A DNA stretch of 64,000 nt from Balanoglossus misakiensis (lineage: Eukaryota > Animalia > Hemichordata): positions 5,952,001 through 6,016,000 of the forward strand of contig CM082590.2 in the NCBI GenBank assembly GCA_040954595.2, given 5' to 3'. Within the stretch, counting starts at the first letter, position 1. The number at the start of each line of letters is the position of its first letter. The position numbers and the translations under genes were made by a program. Positions 1-12,700 of the stretch are shown here, in pieces. The notes below the pieces were generated by a model that was not told the origin of the DNA, did no database searches, and saw nothing but the letters and a program-made list of their open reading frames with translations.

Positions 1-151
1 AAAAAATTCCCAACCTACCTACCCTATGCATGTAATCGGAACAGCACATATTTCTTGGGGCATTATGCCAAAGTTTATTTATAGTATCACGTAGGCCTAC
101 CCATCGACTCAACGTTCGTACCTGCTGGTTTTTTTTTTTCAAATGTTTTAT

Positions 152-658
152 TAGCTCTGCGTACAGGTCTGTGTGTTCCCGGCGTTACACGGCCTCCACC
201 ACAGCCCTGCAAGGCGCCATAGAAAAAACTGGTGCTTCTGCGGTCCGGATCCGGACCGCAGCTTTTTCGGCCGAAATTCGATTTTATCGAAGCAAAATCC
301 TTTCCCTGTCTACTTCTGCCCCCTAACCGACTCCAAATATGATGCAATTAACTTGTCCTAACGTCCGAACCACTCGCGTTTGATTCATTTTTGTGTGTTT
401 ACATGTTGAGATCGCCATATTAAATATAAGGCTTACAGCGAGTTTATCTCCATGGGTAAACAAAAAAGTTTTAGAAAGCGAGCGGTTCGGACGTTAGGAC
501 AAGTTAATCGCATCATATTTGGAGTCGGTTAGGAGGCAGAAGTAGACAGGGAAAGGATTTTGCTTCGATAAAATCGAATTTCGGCCGAAAAAGCTGCGGT
601 CCGGATCCGGACCGCAGAAGCACCACGCCGGGAACACACAGACCTGTACGCAGAGCTA
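152..658. mobile_element. Fold-back non-autonomous element with long inverted arms (family C)
   Basis: TAGCTCTGCGTAC...GTACGCAGAGCTA termini; about 230-375 is the reverse complement of about 480-625; the same termini recur near 5600, 34600 and 44150. Confidence 0.7.
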
Positions 659-1182
659 GGCTAGTTCCGGCTCCCCGCTCGCGGACGGAAGCTTCAACTT
701 TTGCCCTTCTAAAAATGTCCTGACCTTTCTATAGTTAGGGCAGGTTCTCGCCTCCCGACGGGTGAGGGCGATGGAAGTGTACACGACCGAACCGGAGACA
801 AAACTCATCTCTATATGTCATCAAAATAAATCCAGCTGGAGTCAATGAACATTACTGTAAAATCAGATGTAGGGAACGGCGACGTGGTTTTTTATGCTGT
901 CGCATCACAAAAAAAAAACACGTCGCCGTTCCCTACATCTGATTTTTATCAGATTGTGAAAATTGATGTGGAACTGTCGTCTGGCACGTTGTAGTCTCTG
1001 TCTGTGTAATACACATCACGCCATTGGATAACATTTAGCGCACGTTGACTGGATACGCTTTGTCATCCAATCGGCGCTCGCGTCATATACAGATTTCGAT
1101 TCAGTGAGAGTGTGGATATGCAGTTGATATTCAGAGAAAAAAACTACAAAACGAATGAACGAAAGACAAAAATACATATATG

Positions 1183-1214
<32 letters not shown>

Positions 1215-1910
1215 CACAGACAGACAAAACAAATACTAGTAAACGAATATAAACAAACTAATACAACAAAACAAACAAACAAATATGCGCTTCGAATTCC
1301 ACAGTGTGCTTTTGTGAAGACTATATCAAGGACAGATAGACCTATAGATAGTAACTCTAAAAATGGACGCCCGGCAACAATGTCCTTGGTAAATGAAACC
1401 GATGACACTGACATCCATTGTATTCTGCAAAAAATAAAAACGTGACCAGTGATCAAAACACAATGCTACACGAACAATGCCGACCCGACCTGATACCCCC
1501 CCCCCCAATGATTATTTCTCTAATTTTAGTGGCGTTCAGCTTAATCATCGACTAAATTAACAATAGGTAAGAACACAAATACATGACCTGTGGTCCGTAT
1601 TCATTAACAGAACAGAACATACTTGTTTACATTAAGGTAGATGACTACTCAAAATTTAGAATATTGTCATTTTCCTGATAATGATGTATATATTAGTGTC
1701 TATCAATGAATTTTAAGTCCAAGAATATAGAGAAAACTGGATATTCCCATACTACTTTTTTTTAGTTAGGGGGTCTTAAATATTGCGGGAAAATGCCGAG
1801 TCAGCAATTTTCCTGCACTGCTAATGCTATAGTTTTCCTATAGAGAAAATATCGATCTGAAGATTTCTATCAAAAATCAAGTGGGGTAACATGGTGGTTA
1901 TATCATTTAA

Positions 1911-2374
1911 AGGGACAAAGTCTCTCTCGTGCTGCCCCTTTTAATTATATTTGATGCGAGACACTGTTTATGTTAGTCTTCATGTGGATATATAGTGAAT
2001 CAACGTTCAACCACACACAACTTCCATCCAACTTGTAGACACGAGAGTGAAAAACTCGCCAAAATGAATAATCGTTGTTTACCATTTATTCATTTTGGCG
2101 GGATTTTTACTCTCATCTCCTACAAACGGGATGGAAGTTGTGTGTCGTTGAATGATGATTCTCTATATATCCACATGTAGAATAAAATGAACGGTGTCTT
2201 GTATCAAACATAATTAATGGAAAAAGGGGCAGCGAGAGAGTGAGACTTTGTCCTGGGAGGTGTGTGTGGTTGATCATTGATTCTCTATATATCCACATGT
2301 AGAATAACATAAACGGTGTCTTGTATCAAACATAATTAATGGAAAAAGGGCAGCGAGAGAGAGACTTTGTCCCT
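1911..2374. mobile_element. Palindromic TTAA MITE, family A (Kolobok-like termini)
   Basis: TTAA|AGGGACAAAGTCTCTC...GAGACTTTGTCCCT|TTAA. Confidence 0.85.
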
Positions 2375-2740
2375 TTAAAAAATCTTTTGGTACCTTTTGT
2401 GAAAATTTCAAGAAAATGACAATACTAGTGTTTTCTTTATACCTTAATAATCCTCATTGGATATGCAAACGACTTATCATTGTACCTGCGGGGTGGTTGT
2501 TTAAATGAATTTTCATGTTCTCTATGTCATTACTGTTAATAATCTCTTGATAAATTAATAGGAAATCGTTTCAAAGATGTTGTCGGTTTCGTATGAAATA
2601 GCTAATTTGGAAAATGACCTAAGGGTAACGCCCCCGCAATTATATTGAGTGTTTTTTTTTCTGTTGGGATTTTTTTCTGTTGGGATTTCTGTCTGGGTAT
2701 ATTCGTGTAACGTTAGGGAATACATAGACATGGCGAGACA

Positions 2741-2956
2741 TACTGTAAAATACTTTATTTTCGCGAGCAGTACATTTTCGCGAAATAAGCGAGACCCAAA
2801 TTAGCGTGAAAATAAAAAGTCGTGTAATTTTGTTGTTGTTGAAGATAACGATGTAATGAATGAAATAAGAGAGCGCGAAAATTAATCCTCGGGAAACAGT
2901 GGCCTCTCTCGATATCGCAAAAATTTCAACTCGCGAAAATAAAGTGTTTTACAGTA
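2741..2956. mobile_element. MITE family D (TACTGTAAAA...TTTTACAGTA; TA-target, Tc1/mariner-like)
   Basis: About 215 bp with TIRs; copies at 12693-12905, 15169-15384 and 22466-22677. Confidence 0.8.
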
Positions 2957-3881
2957 GTCTGTAGTGGTTGAAACCCCGATAGCTGCCACTTTTTGAATTA
3001 TTTTCATGATTTTATTTTCCAACTTAAATTGGTCCAGCTAAATAAGCTTACTGGTATGTATACATGAACACCTTATGGATGCCTGATTGTGACTGCATGT
3101 TGCAATTTGAACACGCTATGTATTAAACAGGTGCCGCACCGATTTAATCAGCCTCCATACAAACAGTACGCAGCTATCGTGGTATGCGTCGCCAAGAGAT
3201 GGCAAACTGGTGAGGATTTTAGAGGACAGAGACTATATTTAAAGTATTTTAATGTGAACTTTGGCAGCTATAGGGGCTAAAGGGACACAGGCTCCAGTTT
3301 AGGACGTGAGTTGCGCCTTGACAATCGGTGAATGCCAAGCGTTTTATCACGAGATACCAAAATAAGAAAAATGGTTTGAAAATTAAGCGATTCGTCATTT
3401 TAATTTCATTTTGGTTCATTCTTTCAAGTGAAGGATGAAAAAATAAAATTGAGCGACGTTGTCATTTTTACTCTATTTGTGTGTACCATTTGACACGCGT
3501 TTCCAAATAAAACAAACACGATTCAAAGTACATTTGAAATATTCCATCACAATGCTATCTAATTTCGCCTCCAAGGTTTTTGCTGGCCGAGACTGTACTG
3601 AATCGACCAGCCAGCGGACGATATGTGCTTTCACGCCCCGGCCGGCGGTGTCACTCTAACATAGCTAGGGCATCCATGCTCATTCCACAACATTTCAAGA
3701 TACCCTTAATCTGGGATTTTTCATCAAAAACACCCCCTTAATTTGTGAAATATGGGAGAAAGCTGGCTTGGGACTGCCGTGGATCGAAAAAATGCCAACA
3801 CTTACTCTAACCCTGACCGTTGAATATACCTAACATGTCAACAAACAAACGTGACCATATTTATTTATTATGCCAATCAAC

Positions 3882-3882
3882 G

Positions 3883-3921
<39 letters not shown>

Positions 3922-4015
3922 GCAGCAACAGCAACAGCAACAACAACAACAACAAGAAACAAACAAACAAACAAACAAACTAACAAACAAACTAACAAAC
4001 AAACAAACAAACAAA
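3882..4015. repeat. (CAA/CAG)n plus (AAAC)n microsatellite
   Basis: Direct reading. Confidence 0.95.
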
Positions 4016-4158
4016 TCGTGGAGGGAGAGCCCCCTATGATCCACAACTCCCCCTAAAGATCAAAATGGTTCACCCCTAACGTTAATTTGCATGTGAATAG
4101 CGCGGAGATATCCTTTGAAGGTCGCTGCTAGCTTTTCCACACTGCACTAAACGACGGA

Positions 4159-4168
4159 GCGTGCACAC
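4159..4168. promoter_or_regulatory. Two overlapping, oppositely oriented metal-response elements (TGCRCNC, MTF-1 type)
   Basis: GCGTGCACAC gives TGCACAC on + (4162-4168) and TGCACGC on - (4159-4165), about 315 bp upstream of the ZIP ATG in a CpG-containing segment. Confidence 0.5.
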
Positions 4169-4481
4169 GACACGGAGCTGCTTCGCACCCATTGATTCAA
4201 AGTTTATAAATTGGAAAAAGTTTGCGGGGAGGCAACCCAGAACACTGATCAGCTTTCGACAATTGACTTGTTCTCCAACGCAAGAGGGGAAATTTTGATC
4301 GCCACCGGCTGTCCTGCTAAACATGGCGACTTCCGAATGAAGTGGTGTACTATTTAATAGAGATTACAAGCTGGTTGTAAACTTGTCTCAGGTGTACACA
4401 GGCTAATCTTACTTTAGTATTAAGTGCGTGTGAATTTATGGTCCAGGATTGTGACCAACGCGTAAAATCGGTTCTACAGCA

Positions 4482-5018
4482 ATGATGTCTGGCATGTTTA
4501 CTAACCCGACCTTGAAATGTAAGTTGCCAGTTTGGCTGCGAATTCTTCTCATCTGCGAAATTTTCAGGTTTTCTCTCGCATCCGCGGATGGGAATGTCAC
4601 TCCACCCTCTACAACAAGTACAGCCATAAAAGACAGAGGTGTGACTGACCACGCAACAGCAAACGAGAAACCAGCTTACAGAGTAGAGAACGACTGTCTG
4701 GAAGAACTGTTCCGAAAATACGGACGCGATGGCAAGTTGACTTTTGAAGGCTTCGAGAAACTCCTCTTCAATATTGGTCTCGGAAAATCCAAAGAGGGGG
4801 AGGAGGGGGAGGAGCATGATGATTCTAGCGGTGAGGAGCATCATGATATGGACCTTGACAACCACAGGGAAAAGTTGAACGACGATGTACCCACCAAAGG
4901 TTTAATCATGATCGAGACAGGCCAGAAAAAATCAGATGACAAGTACCATGATGTCTTCGGAGACTTCCATTCTGACGTCCACGCTGACAAACACACCGAC
5001 CAAGATCACATCAGTTTG
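4482..5018 (+). CDS. slc39a10: ZIP10-like exon 1 (signal peptide, ectodomain)
   Basis: ORF 4482 with a hydrophobic signal sequence and the ZIP10 ectodomain motif; donor TTG|GTGAGT at 5019, phase 0. Confidence 0.88.
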
Positions 5019-8000
5019 GTGAGTAATAACCCTGAGTTCAGAGCTGTGTGTTCCCGGAGTGAGGCTAGGTTTAAAGGGACAAAGTCTCTCTCTCGCTGCC
5101 CTTTTTCCATTAATTCTGTTTGATACAAGACACCGTTTATGTTATTCTACATGTGGATATAAAGTGAATCGACGTTCGACCACACACAACTTCCATCCCA
5201 CTTGTAGACACAAGAGTGAAAAACTCTCCAAAATGAATAATTGGTGTTTACCTTTTATTCATTTGGCGAGAATTTTACATTCATATCCTACAAAGGGGAT
5301 GGAAGTTGTGTGGTCGAATGTTGATTCACTATATATCCACATGTAGAATAACATAAACAGTGTCTTGTATCATGCGTAATTAATGAAAAAGGGCAGCAAG
5401 AGAGAGACTCTGTCCCTTTAAAGGTATACTATACAGTCACCTATGGAAAATTAACTATAGTTACCATGGCAAATTGAGATGGCACATGCGAAAAAAAGCA
5501 CCAACATATGTTCTTTAGAACGCTCAACTACTCCATTTCAGCCATATATGGGCGTATTTAAATTGGAGGTGACTGTATACCTTTAAAGCTGGGAACACAC
5601 AGACCTGTACGCAGGGCTAGGTGAGTTAATGTATGCAGTCTTAATCTGTGGCGAAAATATGTATGGTACTGGTAGCAACTCGAATAGCTCAGACAAACAA
5701 CCAGATTTACATATAGCGACCCTGTTTTTTTTGTCCTTTCTGAAAAGATAGTCTTACATGCAATTGTATTTACGTTCGGTTTATACCTTACACGTAATAT
5801 CTATTCAGACGGTTTTCAATGGGCCTTGTTCTGACTTTTATCTCAACTACAATGGCCGTCCAAAGTGGTGATTCACTTAAAGGGACATTAGCCGTAACTA
5901 TTGGCTTTAATTAATGTATTTTTGTTCTGCGTACCAAAGGGAATTTCTTGTTCTACTCCAAACAGCATGCTTATATACCCAGTACTATGCTTGTCAACAT
6001 AGCCTGTAGATCACAATGTTTTACTACTGTTACAAACAAATATGCAACTTGTATACAAAGTATATGTATAGAGTATATTTATTTATTTAGAGTAAAATGT
6101 TTTTGTTGATATTTGAATTTTTAGTGGATGGTCTTAAATACATAAATTTTGATGACAAGCTGAATATTGTGGGTTTCAACATATTGTTGGGAGTAGCACA
6201 AGAAACTTCCATGGCCACCAGAATTAATTTTCAAGCTATTTTTAAAATACCAAATTTCATAGCGGCTGCCCCTTTAAGGATGTACGTTCAGTATAATTGA
6301 AAGTATTGTCATTTTTTTAATAGTGGATTTTTGGATTCTCCTCTGTATGTATAATGAAAATCCGTAATAAAATATAGGGGTCACCGCGCTTGTTTTTGAA
6401 ATACAGAGCCATGAATTTAGTCAATTTTCCATTTTTCACCAATGATTTGTCTATGGGCAAATTTTTAAGCGCAATTTATCTCAAAATTGAGCGCGGTGAC
6501 CCCTATATTTTATTTGACCAACGAATTTATATTTACTGGACTGAGCTTTGTGTGCAATTTCGTGAAAATGACAATAGTAGAAGTTTGTTTTCTGGCGATT
6601 ATCAATGTAATCCTATGGGGAAAAGACTGGGCGCGCAGTGTTTCCGGTTTATGTTCTGCGCGTACATCCTGAAAACAATTTCTTTAAAAAAATGTGTTTC
6701 TTATACTGGTCAGGTGGATAAATATGTCACACACTGTTTTCACTGAACACTAAAGTGGTTGCCATTTTATTGACACAAATTGGACCACACTATACATCAG
6801 ATTAGACTTAGGGGTAAACCATTTTATAGGGGAGTGCAGCTTAATTTCTATTAGTTTTTTTAATAGCATTCAATTTATGTAGATTAAAAAAAGATGTTCA
6901 TGATAAATTAAATGACATTCATTTTATTAATAGTATGCTATTTAATTATTAATTATTCTATTAAGATAATTTTCCAATTTACATACATCATTGTCATTTC
7001 AACAGAATATGAGTGGAGTTATAATTAGTCTCTTCCCGAGTAAATTGAAATGTGTGCATAATATTACATTGATGAATAACAGGTAATTAAAGGTAATTAT
7101 TTACTTATAGATGAAATATGACCTTAATTAGGGTAATATGCTTCAGGGTCAGCTGTACAGAAAAAATTATAGTTCTCCAAACCTGTCAATTCTTTGATAT
7201 ATTAATGCATGTGGGGAGTCTTTTTGAAAACAAAGAAGAAAATTGTTTTCATTGTCTTTTGAAAAAAAAAATTCACCAATATATTTTACTCCATAGAGTT
7301 AATTAAGGTAATCTTGAAATTCAAATTTGAGACAATTTTGCTGTGTTATTCAGTTTTGCTCGGCGACTCTCAGAGAATTTTAGAGAATAAATTGGAGGAA
7401 AATGAAAACTGACTCTAAATAGTGGTCAATTACAGAGAAAAGTTAGGTCAACTACAGAGAAAAGATATTCTAAATTTATTTGTGTTTTTTTACCTGTTGA
7501 AAAACAAAAAATCTTGAGAAGTTGATATTTCATGTTTGCATTTTCTACATAAATCATAGCCAGACAAACTTTACTATGTGTAACCTACTTTTGAAAATAA
7601 TGTTATCAGAACAACACCATTTCTTTTCTTCAGGTTTTTATTGCTAACCTGATTGATAAAGAGTATGTACTGTGTACATACACTGAAATCATAAATTCAC
7701 AGATAACCAGACAAAGATATAGACTAACAGGACTCTAAAGGGACTATGGACTAACAAACTTTAAGGTAATATGTGCCTCAAGAACAGATGAAAAAAATTA
7801 AACATTTAAGTTCTTTAGTATATATGTGAAGAGTCTTTTTGAAATCAAGGAAAATATCATGGTGTATGTTTGCCACCTTGTTTTTCATAATTTAATTTTT
7901 TCTCCATAGACTTAACACATGCACTGGCAGCCATTTTGAAAAAAAAAGTTCAATCTCCCATACAAAATTTTGCACAGTGACCCCTAGTTTTATTTTCAAT

Positions 8001-9688
8001 TTTTAAAAGAAAATAATCTAAAGTTGCCTTGAGCAAAATATGAGAAAAAGTTGAAGATTTTGATTTTCAGGGCACATAAGTATATTAAGCATGAACCAAA
8101 TGAGACTAAACTTATTTTGGATTTCACATTTGGAAAAGTTTAATCTCTCATGTATGGTTACCCCCCCCCCCCCCCCCCCAGTTTGTATTCTCATTTTTAA
8201 CAAAGAATAGTTGAATGTGAAAAAAAGTTGAAGATTTTGATTTTTAGGGCACATAAATACCTTAACATGAACCAAATAAGAGAAATTTCTCTGACAGTGA
8301 AGGTCACAACAAGTATAAATCAAGACAGTGTGTTGACTTTGTCAACAATGTACCTGGTAAAACCCTGATCAAAACAGGATACCAAAGTTTACTTTAGGTT
8401 TTTAACTTTATCTTGTTCAGAGTTTTATAACTGCATGGCCTAAATATGTACATTTTCAACTTAATTTTATATGTAACAGGTCCTGAAAAATACTCAAAAT
8501 ATTGTCACTACATTTTGAACACATTTTAATCTGTATCCCACTAACATTCAGGAATTTTTATAATATGAGGTAATTTAAGAGAAATTTTATCGTTTTGATG
8601 TCAAAATTCAGTAAATACAGACTCCAGATCCATCAGTAACTCATATAATGACCACACATTGAAGAATGCAAAAAAGGCTTAATTATTTATCAATTAAAAC
8701 TTGCATACACGCATACTTAGGGTTTATAACACCTGTATATACTTCAGTGCATACATCTGGATTGGCGTATATTAGTACAGTTTGAAAAAAACTTTCCTGA
8801 TAATTTCACAAAAGTTACAAATATGCAAAAATGTTGCAGCTAGCTAAAAGTATGAGGTGACTTAGAGAAAAAGTCTCTATTTTTCATGTCTTATCACACT
8901 ACTTCATACACAAAAGCTTTCTCCTGCAAATATTTTGCAATCGATAACAGTGTATTTGTTCATTTGCAATAAATAACATCCTTGACCTTTGACCTGTACT
9001 AAGCTTATATACCTCAGAGTCTTTAACCTACCAGTTGTTTTACTGTGAGCATTTCAAGTTACATTGTGTACTGGTATACCGTATATATTGTACAGTTTAG
9101 TTTATTGAACTTGTAAATCTTCTCCTACAAGAACTGTAGTTTTAGGCAAAGTAATTCAACAATAGTTAGGCAAAGAAAAAAATAATTTAACACGCATATC
9201 ACTTTGATAACACTGCTTGTCAAACATTTCTGTTTGTGTCCGGCCAGATAGAACTCAACTCAATGTAATGCATAGATATTAAGCCAAATAACTGCAGAGG
9301 ACGAAGATTTTGTCCAAAACATGCGATTATTAACTGTTTAACAACTAGAGTATGCGTTAATAGTAGATTGACAATGATTGGAAAAAAAATTAAACAAAAA
9401 AATTGTGTCGTTGCCCCATTTTGGGGTAAAAGCCATGACCAGAATCATTGGAACTACAGTGACTTTATTGTATTGTAATATCACTTTTGATTTGTTTTTG
9501 CCCTTATGAAACATGTATTACAGTGTTTCATCTAGATGGGAGATGGGGGGATTCACCTCCTCTTGACGTGTTGGCACCCCCTAGCACATTGCCAGGGGGA
9601 ACCAACACCCCTTAACTTGATGATGTGACTCACATGTTGGAGATATTACATTCCCTCTTACCAAAGTGCCCCCCCCCCAAAAAAAAAA

Positions 9689-9724
<36 letters not shown>

Positions 9725-12700
9725 ATTCTGGCAAAGGGTAGCATATCCCCATCTTGGTTGAAACCCTGGTTCTATAGAGTTCAGTACCTAGATTTTGACA
9801 TTTCCATAAAATGCAATAGAAAAATGTGCCAAAATTAAAATTACATAAAACTACATAGAAAATCTATCAGCTTCTATGGAAGTACTCATTTAGGCTTTAG
9901 AATTCTATTGATATCTGTGTAAGGGTGGTTGGGTTAATAGCCAGCCCCAAATCAATACATCAGCTGGATTATAGGCATTGGTGATATCCATTTATCTGAT
10001 GGTCCCAAGAATCAAGGTTAATCTAGTAGTTGCCAGTACAGGTGATTAAATTAACTCAACCTTGACCAGAAAAATTGGCCTTTTGATGAACTATTCTAAT
10101 TAGTTACATATTTTGTGAAATTACCGCATGTATCTTGATAAAACAATATTTAGATCTTCCAGAGACTTTACTTTTACCAGTGTTTATTACGTGTATATTG
10201 CAGAGATATTATATGACAGAATATTTACCAGTGTCATGTTTATAACATGCTTATTTGCATATGAAGCAAATTAGTGCAAATTAAATCCCCCAAAATAAGA
10301 ACTTACTGAACAGTTTTTTGAAACTTGCCAAATTTCATAAATTTTAGGTGTATCTTTAACAATCAGTACTGTCATCAAAATTTGTTGCTAGTATTTTATA
10401 ATGTAAATTTTCCAGGATCTATTAACCCTTTCACCACCATGGTTCAGTCCACGCCCATTGTTTTTCTATGGTAAGTTTGGACCTCTATAGTGGGAACTGG
10501 GGGTGAAAGGGTTAAACCATGGATGAGAATATTGAATTCATATCTGGTTTACAGGATATAAACACTAGAAATATTCATAAACAATTATTTTAAAGGGACA
10601 AAGTCTCTCTCTCGCTGCCCTTTTTCCATCAATTATGTTTGATACAAGACACTGTTTAACTTTATGTTATTCTATATGTGGATATATAGTGAATCAACGT
10701 TCAACCACACCCAACTTCCATCCCACTTGTAGACACGAGAGTGAAAAACTCGCCAAAATGAATAATCGGTGTTTACCATTTATTCATTTTGGCAAGATTT
10801 TTACTCTCATACTCATATCATACAAGTGGGATGGAAGTTGTGTGTGGTCGAACATTGATTCACTATATATCCACATGTAGAATAACATAAACGGTGTCTT
10901 GTATCAAACATAATTAATGAAAAAAAGGGCAGCGAGAGAGAGACTTTGTCCTGGGAGGTGTGTGTGGTCGAACGTTGATTCACTATATATCCACATGTAG
11001 AATAACATAAACGGTGTCTTGCATCAAACGTAATTAATGGAAAAAGGGCAGCGAGAGAGAGACTTTGTCCCTTTAATATACAGAATTGACATGTATATAA
11101 TTCATTGCTTTTATTTCTGAGTTAATCATGAAATATATTTCAGCATGCATGTATTATGACTGATATAGACCGTGATATTGATTGAATAATTACGTTCTGT
11201 TTATGGGCAGCTGTTGTTTTTTTATAAATAAACGGGTGTTATTTACAATTTGAAATAAAAATATCATGGTCGAATGTATAAACAGTTCTTCACTGTACCA
11301 GGTTCGGTTTTGTGATTATCATAACAAATTAATTAGCATAAAATGATCTGTCAGATATGACCTAGTTTGTTGCAACTACCGGTATATCTGAAGAGTTGGT
11401 TTTGATTTCTATATTTTATAGCAACTAATATAGTGATCAATTAGTAGAGCTGGTAACCAAATTAATTCGCATACATGATCTGCCAGATATGACCTAGTTA
11501 TTTTGCAACTATATCTTAAAGAGTGAGTTTTGATTTCTATATTTGATGGCAACTACATGTAATATAGTGATCAATTTGTAGGGCTAGTAATTACAGTTTT
11601 AGCTTCAGTCTTCACACACATTGGTTATTGCCAACCTTAAAGGTATACAATCACCTCCAATTCACATACGCCCATATATGGGTGAAATGGAGTATTTGAG
11701 CGTTCTAAATTTTTTTCGCGTTTGACACCCCCTGAAAATCTGTGATTGGCCAGATCTCATTTTACCATGGTAACTAGAGCTAATTTTCCATAGGTGACCG
11801 TATACCTTTAAGTTGGGGATGTCCTTAAAAGATCCTGGCTCCTGAAATTAGACACAATCCTGGAAATTCTTTGGAAACTGTGGAAAAAATGGCCTTTTAT
11901 GCTATCATAATTTTGTTTTCTAAAAACTGCTGAAAAAAATATTGAAAAATACTGGAATTGTGAATGTGTATGGAGATTTGAAGTGTTGATAAAAGTGACC
12001 CAAAAGATGAAAACATAGGTGACTGTATGTCTTGTATGGTAGGTGACTATATTATTCAATTTGTTGGGCTGGTATAAATTACATTTCTAGCTTCAGTCTA
12101 TGATGTCTTGTACAGTAGGTGACTGTATACAGTGCATCACCCTTTGAGTTATGAAGATTGTTGACAATCAATCCTTTGCAAAATGATATTTTTGACCTTA
12201 AAAACCGCTGAAAAATTCATGGAAAAATACTTGAATTGTGAATGTGAATGTGTATGGAGATTTGAAGTGTTGATAAAAGTGACCCAAAAGATGATTGACT
12301 ATGATGTACATGTAGACTGTTTCTTGTACAGTAGTTGACTATAATGTCTTGTACAGTAGGTGACTGCATAGTACAGTGCATCACAGATGATTGACTATGA
12401 TGTACATGTAGACTGTTTCTTGTACAGTAGGTGACTGTAATGTCTTGTACAGTCGGTGACTGCATACAATATTGCATCACCCTTTGAGTTCAGCCATGCA
12501 TGAATCACTCCAATTCACTGGCGTGTTTTTCTCAATACAGTCTGTGATCCAATGTCACAGCATCTAAGCAGAGTTCATTCATATTGTGGATATAACCATT
12601 GTGCTTGTCTAAGCTCTTTTGACCTTTGACAAATCGTGTTCACTTCAAGAGTTTCAAAACACACACCACTGGGTCGTGCATACAACTGTACATACTGTAA

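Noticed and set aside
3820-4056. PolyQ/polyT/polyV ORFs (also polyH/M/I at 35322-35801)
   Set aside because: They derive from microsatellites.
4350-4865. 171-aa antisense ORF over ZIP exon 1 (also 50138-50521 over ROCO exon 14)
   Set aside because: These are shadow frames of real coding exons with no motifs of their own.
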